From Geotalea daltonii FRC-32 (GTDB lineage Bacteria > Desulfobacterota > Desulfuromonadia > Geobacterales > Geobacteraceae), in contig NC_011979.1 in assembly GCF_000022265.1 (NCBI RefSeq), positions 3,060,001 to 3,092,000 of the forward strand: a stretch of DNA of 32,000 bases, given 5' to 3'. Shown here piece by piece: positions 25,701 through 32,000 of the stretch. A program made the translations under genes and the position numbers. How positions within the stretch are numbered: the first letter of the stretch is position 1; each line of letters begins with the position of its first letter. Below the pieces are notes generated by a model that saw nothing but the letters and a program-made list of their open reading frames with translations, did not search any database and was not told the origin of the DNA.

Positions 25701-26348
25701 TTACCCCCACTCCCCGGTCCGAAACGAAAACCCCTCCCCCATCTCCCGCCGCCAGATTGCTTCATCACGGGTCACAATCAACTGCCAGGTCTGGGTGACC
25801 GGGTCGTGGTGGTTCGAGGCGAAGGCCCGTGGGGTCAAGAGTGCTGCACACCACGCCGGGTCGGGATCGCGAACGGAGCGGTAGAAGATCGCTTCGATAC
25901 CTGCCTCGCGGGCAAGGTGCGCCAGGGCCTGGGTGCCGGTGTAGTCCTTGGGGTGGGTCCAGATGGCTGCATCCTGGTTGAAAGGGTGGGATTGGAGATC
26001 GATGGCGGTGGCGTCAATGGTGACACTGAAGGCAGTATGGGCCGCTGGGCCCAGGCGACGGAGGCCGGTGGTTTCCTGGAGGAATTTCCAGCGCCAGTAG
26101 CCTATTTCGGCGGCGGCGGTGCGGATGGTTTCGGCCCCGTAGAAGACGCCGGGATCGGTGGGTGCGCGGAAGCGTGAACCTGGTAAAAAGGGTAGATAAC
26201 GGAAGGGTGCGGCCAGGAGGTAATCAAGTATAGCCGCGTCACGGGGCAATGGAGGCTTGCTCTCTTCCAGGATCTGTTCGAGGATGTCCTGCTCGGCCAG
26301 GGTGTCGACCAGTTTCATGGTCGAGGCCATATGCTGGGCCTCCACCAT
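25701..26348 (-). CDS. RES-domain toxin (NAD+-targeting RES family)
   Basis: WRMVEAQH..STMKLVD..KPPLP N-terminus, then GSRFRAP, FYGAETIRTAAAEIGYW and FYRSVRDP motifs. The start is uncertain: the first ATG is 26348 and the frame is open upstream to 26471. Confidence 0.75.
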   Translation of the reverse strand: MVEAQHMASTMKLVDTLAEQDILEQILEESKPPLPRDAAILDYLLAAPFRYLPFLPGSRFRAPTDPGVFYGAETIRTAAAEIGYWRWKFLQETTGLRRLGPAAHTAFSVTIDATAIDLQSHPFNQDAAIWTHPKDYTGTQALAHLAREAGIEAIFYRSVRDPDPAWCAALLTPRAFASNHHDPVTQTWQLIVTRDEAIWRREMGEGFSFRTGEWG

Positions 26349-26379
26349 GCGCCAGACCGATTCCGATCGGCGATGGGAA

Positions 26380-26766
26380 TTAGACGAGACCGCGTCTGGC
26401 GTCCAGGTAATAGATGACACGGACCAGGCCCTCCGTTGAGGTGATGAGCTCGATGGGCTTGCGGCCGGCAAGGGCCAGGTTGTCGCTGTTCATCCAGCTG
26501 CGCACATCGGTGGCAACTCCGCCGACGATGGCATCGAGGGAGCGGAAGAGCCTGAGCAGCAGCACGGCGAATTCCCATTCTTTCTTTTCACTGGAAAGCT
26601 GATAGGTGCCGGCAAAAAGGCGGGATACGGAGGCTTTGCTCAACCCCAGGACATGGGCAAGCCTGGCCTGGGATAAGCCAAGTCGTTCGGCGGCATTGAT
26701 CACCGCCTTGGATAGGACCGCTTCACGTGTGTGGGCTTCGGGTACTGTAACAGCTGCTTGGGCCAT
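26380..26766 (-). CDS. Xre-family antitoxin with a DUF2384 (MbcA/ParS-type) toxin-binding domain
   Basis: HTH region LGLSQARLAHVLGLSKASVSRL. C-terminal ..VRSWMNSDNLALAGRKPIELITSTEGLVRVIYYLD is typical of DUF2384. Confidence 0.8.
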   Translation of the reverse strand: MAQAAVTVPEAHTREAVLSKAVINAAERLGLSQARLAHVLGLSKASVSRLFAGTYQLSSEKKEWEFAVLLLRLFRSLDAIVGGVATDVRSWMNSDNLALAGRKPIELITSTEGLVRVIYYLDARRGLV

Positions 26767-26781
26767 GGTTCCTCCCTTATG

Positions 26782-26799
26782 TTATTTCTGTAGAAATAA
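26782..26799. promoter_or_regulatory. perfect palindrome between the RBS and promoter of the Xre/RES operon (probable operator)
   Basis: TTATTTCT-GT-AGAAATAA, 15 nt upstream of the antitoxin ATG. TATAAT on the - strand lies just upstream. Confidence 0.45.
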
Positions 26800-26878
26800 T
26801 ATCATTATATTATTGCTCAAGCAACTTTTTTATATAAACTAACCCTCCCTCCTCACCCTCACTATTATGGTAATACAA

Positions 26879-27027
26879 AACCACCGGCACATCCGCCGCG
26901 GCCCAATCGAGCGTCAGAAGTTCATCGGTCTTGAGCCAGACCACCGCGGCATGCTCATGGAGGAAGATTTCACCCGAATTTATCGTGCAGACGAAGGGAT
27001 AGAGGTAACGGTGCAATCGGCATAGCT
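26879..27027 (-). pseudogene. 3' fragment of a mutT/NUDIX paralogue, frameshifted
   Basis: Nucleotide and protein colinearity with 29730-29890 (YPFVCTI.SGEI.LHEHAAVVWLK.DEL.TLDWAAADVPVV). The NUDIX box is missing and there is a 1-nt frame change near 27003. Confidence 0.7.
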
Positions 27028-27068
27028 CTATAATCCGACAATTCAATAAAAAATCACAGTGTTAAGTA

Positions 27069-27243
27069 GTTTCCGTCCGGAAACGGTTCTTTTTCGCCCT
27101 GGCGGTGTCAATCTGCGGGATAGCTTGTGCGGCGTACCGATGTACGCCTCCGCGCAATCCCTTGATTTCCTTGCCAGGACAAAAAATCCCTCGTCTCCAA
27201 ATCGGAAACTGTTAGTGTCTCATCGGAGTTTCCGGATGGCCAC
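27069..27243. mobile_element. 175-bp MITE-like element, copy 1
   Basis: Termini GTTTCCGTCCGGAAAC / GTTTCCGGATGGCCAC (imperfect inverted repeat). Flanked by the direct repeat TAAGTA (27063-27068 and 27244-27249). It has no credible coding capacity (only a 63-codon + strand ORF in the track, 27059-27250) and is clearly homologous to copy 2 over its full length by eye. Confidence 0.65.
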
Positions 27244-27298
27244 TAAGTAAAAATAAATTTATACACTTCGCGAAAAAGATATCAGCCCTGCAGAAAGC

Positions 27299-27335
27299 AA
27301 AAAACCGCCCGACAGCATTCTGCTGGCAAGGCGGC
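27299..27335 (-). terminator. rho-independent terminator downstream of the PEP-CTERM gene
   Basis: On the - strand: CCGCCTTGCCAGCAGAATGCTGTCGGGCGG, an imperfect hairpin, followed by TTTTTT. Confidence 0.55.
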
Positions 27336-27440
27336 TTTCGCGTTATCAACTATTTTGGGTGACCAGGTTAGGCAGTTTTCTTTCAGCGTTAAATACTCCG
27401 ACAGGTGACAGTATTTTCGACGCAAAAGAATGCCGGGCTT

Positions 27441-28052
27441 TTACGACTTGGCTCTCTTTCTCACGAATCCCAACCCGGCCAAACCGGCACCAACCAAAAG
27501 ACAAGTGGCCGGTTCGGGAACCGGGGTCGTGGCCGAAGACTCGGTAACGCCGTTGCAGAACATGACGATTTCGCCGGTAAGTTTCCCGTCGCTGTAAAGA
27601 CTGTAATCCAGATAATCACCCAAATTTATGGATGAAAGAGTCTTGCTGTAGTTGTAAAAAGTGCCGAATGGCTCGGGGAGGTAGATATACCCTTCGTTGT
27701 AGCCCTTATCGCCAAAGGGGGTATAGTCTTCGCCGGTGCCTTCGATGTTCGCCAGGTCGCCGAAGATGTTCCCCGAAACGTACCTGGCATAATAGCTGCG
27801 GCTGGCATCGAAAGTGCCACCGGGAAAACGGTAGGTGCTCACATCACGATTATAATCAATGTAAAAGATTGCGTTATAGAGTTCTCCGGTCCCATACGCC
27901 GTACCATCTTTGTATCGATTCAGCTCCCCTGCAAAACTGAGGTAAGTGGGATTCTCGTGAAGCCCTAAGGGAATGGCCTGCGCCAGACCGGGCAATAGCA
28001 GTGAGATTGCCAGGAGGGAAAGAACAGTCAACCTTTTTAAAATCATGGACAC
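27441..28052 (-). CDS. PEP-CTERM sorting-domain secreted protein
   Basis: Signal peptide LSLLAISLLLPGLAQA. C-terminal VPEPATCLLVGAGLAGLGFVRKRAKS (PEP motif, TM helix, basic tail). Confidence 0.85.
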   Translation of the reverse strand: MSMILKRLTVLSLLAISLLLPGLAQAIPLGLHENPTYLSFAGELNRYKDGTAYGTGELYNAIFYIDYNRDVSTYRFPGGTFDASRSYYARYVSGNIFGDLANIEGTGEDYTPFGDKGYNEGYIYLPEPFGTFYNYSKTLSSINLGDYLDYSLYSDGKLTGEIVMFCNGVTESSATTPVPEPATCLLVGAGLAGLGFVRKRAKS

Positions 28053-28419
28053 GCTCCTTTTAAGGAAGATGATTTGTCAGATTAACTATTATTCATATTT
28101 TATGCCAATGCAGAAGTTGCTGAAAAAGTATGAGTTTTCATCACGTCTGTTAGTGTAAATGTTAGCACCTCTGACACTTCAGACAAGAGTAACCTTGTTT
28201 AATATTCATCAACCTGCCTATCTTTCTGCACAAAACCAACGCTTAGGCTTAAAGAGACCGCTGAATTGCCCTCAACGGCGAGCGACCAATCCAACTAACC
28301 TCATGAGCCGCGCCTGCCAGCACCATACATACTTACCTGTCCCCATATTTGCTGCCTTACCTGTTGACGCGTAGTCAAAGCAAAAAAAAAGCAGCCATGA
28401 AGGCCACCCTTGATTCCGT

Positions 28420-28480
28420 CTTTATGTCATAAATTTCGGTGATCAGCTCCTCGCCTGTATCGGACAGGTGGCCGTGGAGA
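28420..28480 (-). pseudogene. remnant of a creatininase-family gene
   Basis: CTTTATGTCATAAATTTCGGTGATCAGCTCCTCGCCTGTATC matches 30620-30661 inside the intact gene (protein GEELITEIYDIK versus GEELIAEIYDIK). The adjacent 28325-28375 matches the intergenic region 30189-30235. Confidence 0.55.
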
Positions 28481-28544
28481 TTTTCACAGTCTTCATGGTA
28501 GTGCATCAGGCAATGGGCTGCGGCAAAAGATGTACTGAACCAGG

Positions 28545-29336
28545 TCATGATGGCCAGGCCATCTTCCGAGCAACATCAACATCCGGCATTGGAAACGACG
28601 CAGGTATTCCGGCGTAGGACAGTGCCACATGTACCCTTCCATGACAGAATGTGTTCCTGAATGTCTCGACTACGTCCGGGTCAAACTGTAAGCCCGAACA
28701 ACGTTCGATCTCAGCCATTGCCAGTTCCGGAGTGGTCCCCGGGCGGTAAGGCCGATTCTGGATGATCGCAGAATAGGTGTCCGCCACGGCGACAATGCGT
28801 GCGCCGATCGGTATCGCCGCTCCCCTTAACCCAGCGGGATAACCGCCCCCGTCATATCGTTCATGGTGGCAGCGGATGATATCGGCTATTCCGCCGGTGG
28901 TAGCGCAAAGCCCAACAGGAGCGACGATTTGGGCGCCAATGACGGGATGGCACCGCATTTCCAACTGCTCTTCAGTGCTGAGTGGCCCTTCTTTCTTCAG
29001 TACTGCGTCAGTGACGCCAATCTTGCCGATGTCATGGAGATGTCCGGCAATATGGATCAGGTTGCACTCGTGGTCATCTAGCCCCAGGTTCCGGGCGATC
29101 AGCAGACTGAGTTCAGCGACATGCTCGGAATGAAGAGCTGTGTTCGGGTCACGGGCATCAATGGCCCTGCCGAGAGATTCTGCCATCTGGTGAAGAAACG
29201 TAAGTCCACAGCCATGGATAGAGGCGGTCGGCAAATCTCCTGAAGCACGCAGCAGCGATGTAGTTGCGGTCAGCATCTCACCCCCGCTCTCTGCAGAAAT
29301 CTGCTGCCCACGTTCATACAATCGAGATTCAATCAT
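28545..29336 (-). CDS. HD-GYP domain phosphodiesterase (c-di-GMP-specific family)
   Basis: HSEHVAELS, HLHDIGKIGV and HHERYDGGGYPAGL motifs. Confidence 0.85.
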   Translation of the reverse strand: MIESRLYERGQQISAESGGEMLTATTSLLRASGDLPTASIHGCGLTFLHQMAESLGRAIDARDPNTALHSEHVAELSLLIARNLGLDDHECNLIHIAGHLHDIGKIGVTDAVLKKEGPLSTEEQLEMRCHPVIGAQIVAPVGLCATTGGIADIIRCHHERYDGGGYPAGLRGAAIPIGARIVAVADTYSAIIQNRPYRPGTTPELAMAEIERCSGLQFDPDVVETFRNTFCHGRVHVALSYAGIPASFPMPDVDVARKMAWPS

Positions 29337-29352
29337 GCTTCCCCACTTGAGT

Positions 29353-29378
29353 AATAATGATAGTAATTATCATTATCA
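29353..29378 (-). promoter_or_regulatory. Fur-box-like AT-rich inverted repeat over the HD-GYP promoter
   Basis: The - strand reads TGATAATGATAATTACTATCATTATT, i.e. hexamers GATAAT-GATAAT-TACTAT-CATTAT. Arms ATAATGATA (29354-29362) / TATCATTAT (29368-29376). TTGACA on the - strand is at the complement of 29393-29398. Confidence 0.35.
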
Positions 29379-29490
29379 AACCACCTCAGGGCTGTCAACG
29401 AAATTTAGCGGGACTTGTTTTTTCATTAGCATCATTTGTGAACTGGCGCTCAAGCAAGATGTTTCCACGCAATAAAAAAGGGATTAGCTT

Positions 29491-29665
29491 GTTTCCATCC
29501 GGAAAAGGTTCTTTTCTGCCCTTGCGGCGTCAATCTGCGGGCTTACTTGTGCGACGTACCGATGTACGCCTCCGCGCACCCTTGATTTCCTTGCCAGAAC
29601 AAAAAAATCCCCTCTTTCCGAATCGGAAACCACTAGGTTCTCATCCGGAGTTTCCGGATGGAAAC
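29491..29665. mobile_element. 175-bp MITE-like element, copy 2
   Basis: Perfect 15-bp terminal inverted repeat GTTTCCATCCGGAAA ... TTTCCGGATGGAAAC. Flanked by the direct repeat TAGCTT (29485-29490 and 29666-29671). Confidence 0.7.
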
Positions 29666-29710
29666 TAGCTTGAATAGATGGAAGGGAAGTCCTGCTGCAG
29701 ATCTAAGGAG

Positions 29711-30121
29711 TCAGTCTGGGATGACGGTGGTCAGATACATAGCCACTACCGGCACATCGGCCGCAGCCCAATCTAGCGTCGGAAGTTCATCTGCCTTGAG
29801 CCAGACCACCGCGGCATGCTCATGGAGGATAATTTCTCCCGAATGGATAGTACAGACGAAGGGGTATAGGGTAACTGTGCAATCGGTATAGCCGTGGGTG
29901 ACGGGGGAAAGTGCTCGGCTGACCGTCACACCTATGTTTAGCTCCTCCATCAACTCCCGCTGCAGACATTCCTCAGCAGATTCCCCCGTATCGATCTTAC
30001 CGCCGGGGAATTCCCATTTGTGGGGCAGGCTCATTGTTGCGCTGCGCTGAGCGGCAAGCACCAGGCTACCGCGCTCGATAATGGCGCAGGTGACGTGAAT
30101 ATGTTTTTTTGAAATAATCAT
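29711..30121 (-). CDS. mutT: NUDIX hydrolase, MutT-like (8-oxo-dGTP diphosphatase family)
   Basis: NUDIX box GGKIDTGESAEECLQRELMEELNI. 136 aa. Confidence 0.85.
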   Translation of the reverse strand: MIISKKHIHVTCAIIERGSLVLAAQRSATMSLPHKWEFPGGKIDTGESAEECLQRELMEELNIGVTVSRALSPVTHGYTDCTVTLYPFVCTIHSGEIILHEHAAVVWLKADELPTLDWAAADVPVVAMYLTTVIPD

Positions 30122-30240
30122 AACCGAACCATTGCCTAAGGATGGAAAACAGCGCTGCGGATAAAATAAAAACCAGGTAAATTTAGCCTCACATACTTAC
30201 CTACCCCGGTATTGCCCGGCTTACCAGTGGGAAATAGCAA

Positions 30241-30276
30241 TAAAAACAGAAAAGACGGCTTGTTATGGCCGTCTTT
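30241..30276 (-). terminator. rho-independent terminator of the que/creatininase operon
   Basis: 9-bp stem AAAGACGGC (30251-30259) / GCCGTCTTT (30268-30276), followed on the - strand by TTCTGTTTTTA. Confidence 0.7.
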
Positions 30277-30302
30277 CATTCCATTGTAATTCATTGTGCT
30301 TG

Positions 30303-31022
30303 TTAATCCTCCAATGCCTCCAGCGCCCTGGCCAGCTCAACCACCTTGGTCGCCACCAGTGCTTCCAACTTTGCTCCTTTTTCGGCGGTTGCCTTGGTTG
30401 GGTCGCCCCAGACGCCATTCTGCCAGTATTGCCGCTTGTTGCGCACCAGAATACCCGGAGGGAACGTGGGGAATTCCCGTTCCCCCGTTCCGGTGACAAG
30501 CTGGGGATGGGAATGCATGATCCGGGAAGTCTCGATCTCGCCGGCGTGGGCATCGCCGGCCGTTTCGATCAGCCCTCTCCCCTCTTCCTTGGCCAGATCA
30601 TATTCGGTAACCACGGCCATCTTTATGTCATAAATTTCGGCGATCAGCTCCTCGCCTGCATCTTGCAGAGCCATTTTATGGGAGCCGCCGGCGTGGCCGG
30701 TGAGGACGATGAAGTTTTTCAGGCCGTGGGAGTGGAGGGACCGGACAATATCCTTGAGAAAGGATTTGAGGGTGGCGGTGGAAATGGAGATGGTTCCCGG
30801 ATGGCGGGCCGTGGAACGGCAGCACCCATAATGGACCGGCGGGGCGACAAAGAGGGGAATGAGTTCCGCAGCCCGTTTGCCAACTTCATATGCCTGGATG
30901 GTGTCGGTGGAAAGGGGCAGGTGATAGCCATGCTCCTCAACGGAACCGAAGGGGATGTAGACCGTTTGGGTCCGCTTCAATCCCTCTTCGAAGTCCCCCA
31001 TCGTCATGTTTTCGATGATCAT
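30303..31022 (-). CDS. creatininase-family amidohydrolase
   Basis: PFGSVEEHGYHLPLSTD metal-binding motif and VLTGHAGGSH. 239 aa. Starts 10 nt after the queE stop. Confidence 0.8.
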   Translation of the reverse strand: MIIENMTMGDFEEGLKRTQTVYIPFGSVEEHGYHLPLSTDTIQAYEVGKRAAELIPLFVAPPVHYGCCRSTARHPGTISISTATLKSFLKDIVRSLHSHGLKNFIVLTGHAGGSHKMALQDAGEELIAEIYDIKMAVVTEYDLAKEEGRGLIETAGDAHAGEIETSRIMHSHPQLVTGTGEREFPTFPPGILVRNKRQYWQNGVWGDPTKATAEKGAKLEALVATKVVELARALEALED

Positions 31023-31032
31023 GTAAAAATCC

Positions 31033-31782
31033 CTATAACTGACCGATGAATTTGTGGGTCTGGGGAATTATCCGTACTTCCTGCAGATACCGATTTGCCG
31101 TCTCCTGCATCTCCAGCATGCGGATCGCGGAGAGGTTCACCCTGCCCTTCAGGTCGGTAAATGGCTGAAGGATGAGTGGAATCCGGCTGTCGATTGCGGC
31201 CACGAGCTCTGCAGTCCTGATGATCTCCCAATCTTCCGTATCGGTCCCGATCACTGTCTTTACATAGGTTTTTTTCGATGCGGCGAGGCGAAGAAACTCC
31301 TCGTGGGCCTGCCACAGATCAGTGTAGCCGGAGGTTGAAGGGAGCTTGATGTCCATGCTAACGTAATCCACATGGTCCAGGAGTTGGGCGAGTTGGCCAT
31401 GAAGAATGCCGTTGGTTTCAAGATATATGGGAAGATAGTGCCGCAGGGCCGGCAGCAGTTCCTGCAGCAGTTGATGACACAGCAGCGGCTCACCGCCGGT
31501 GATGCTTATGGAATGATGAATGCCGGGCCAGCCTCGCTGCCAGCCGCTGACAAGATTCACCAGGCGATCGACAGGGACGGGATTTTCAACCTGAAAAAAG
31601 TCACGGCGGCCGGGCGTGCTTTCCAATTGGCAGTATTGGGTGCGATCAGGCTCTGTGTCGCAGTAACTGCAGGTGAGATTGCATCCGCTGAAACGAATGA
31701 AAACCTGGCGCAGTCCTACCAGCAGTCCTTCGCCCTGGATGGAGGAAAAGACCTCGATGAGGTCGGCACTGCTTTTATTCAT
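31033..31782 (-). CDS. queE: 7-carboxy-7-deazaguanine synthase (radical SAM)
   Basis: FSSIQGEGLLVGLRQVFIRFSGCNLTCSYCDT (CxxxCxxC cluster) and GGEPLL. Its start overlaps the queD stop. Confidence 0.85.
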   Translation of the reverse strand: MNKSSADLIEVFSSIQGEGLLVGLRQVFIRFSGCNLTCSYCDTEPDRTQYCQLESTPGRRDFFQVENPVPVDRLVNLVSGWQRGWPGIHHSISITGGEPLLCHQLLQELLPALRHYLPIYLETNGILHGQLAQLLDHVDYVSMDIKLPSTSGYTDLWQAHEEFLRLAASKKTYVKTVIGTDTEDWEIIRTAELVAAIDSRIPLILQPFTDLKGRVNLSAIRMLEMQETANRYLQEVRIIPQTHKFIGQL

Positions 31783-32000
31783 AATAGCTGGCGCTGGCGA
31801 AATCCGATTCCCAGACCGTTACTTCTGTCAGGCCGATGTTGTCACTGTTGAATTTCTTGGCCAGTTCCTGGAAAAGATAACGGGCGATGTTTTCAGAAGA
31901 TGGGGAGCTCTCGATAAAGGGGGGAAGTTCGTTGAGATATTTGTGATCCAGGGTTTTGAGCAGAGCATTGGTTTCGCTTTTCAGGACCTTGAAGTCGATG
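31775..32000 (-). CDS. queD: 6-carboxy-5,6,7,8-tetrahydropterin synthase, C-terminal part (5' end beyond the window)
   Basis: My translation of the - strand gives IDFKVLKSETNALLKTLDHKYLNELPPF..SSENIARYLFQEL..VTVWESDFASASYYE*, which carries the PTPS/QueD motifs LDHxxLN and ENIA. Confidence 0.8.
   Translation of the reverse strand, partial: IDFKVLKSETNALLKTLDHKYLNELPPFIESSPSSENIARYLFQELAKKFNSDNIGLTEVTVWESDFASASYYE

Noticed and set aside
28053-28330. The 5' region of the PEP-CTERM gene, examined for a c-di-GMP/cGAMP (GEMM-I) riboswitch and for a sigma54 promoter (TTGGCATAAAATATGAAT).
   Set aside because: No GGCAAACC or GACGCAAAGCC-type conserved cores are present. The candidate -24/-12 element has GG but lacks the GC of the -12 box.
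30294-31049. A 251-codon + strand ORF, plus several 60-190-codon ORFs antisense to iorA, paaK, livH/M, the carbonic anhydrase gene and the RES gene.
   Set aside because: Each lies opposite a gene with strong family motifs. They have Arg/Pro/Gly-rich or otherwise unnatural composition and no RBS. They are typical GC-rich antisense artefacts.

Overview
This 32 kb window contains two kinds of DNA. (1) 1-15.1 kb is GC-rich and looks like conserved chromosome. It holds the 3' part of a Na/Pi cotransporter gene and a Ppx/GppA-family phosphatase. These are followed by one long + strand operon (promoter near 2573): iorA-iorB-paaK-ACT protein-two LivJ-type binding proteins-livHMGF-second paaK. A convergent secreted beta-carbonic anhydrase closes this part. 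(2) 15.2-30.2 kb is a mosaic accessory region. Every gene is on the - strand and there is no integrase or transposase ORF. It carries, in order: vapBC; a translationally coupled HNH-nuclease + 4-TM protein pair; an AT-rich three-gene block matching the Hachiman type II layout (HamA/DUF1837-like, HamB SF2 helicase, HamC/DUF3223-like); a staircase of decayed L,D-transpeptidase fragments plus one intact copy; an orphan secreted protein; an orphan MNT; BrnT/BrnA and RES/Xre toxin-antitoxin modules; a PEP-CTERM protein; and an HD-GYP phosphodiesterase with a Fur-box-like operator. It also holds two 175-bp MITE-like elements with terminal inverted repeats and 6-bp target duplications, and decayed duplicates of mutT and of a creatininase-family gene. 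An intact mutT lies at 29.7-30.1 kb. (3) 30.3-32 kb returns to a core-looking operon, queD (partial)-queE-creatininase-family gene. Gene content suggests a Desulfuromonadales/Geobacter-like deltaproteobacterium, but that is inference only. All family calls come from motifs read in the supplied translations and from hand alignment of the nucleotides. No similarity search could be run.
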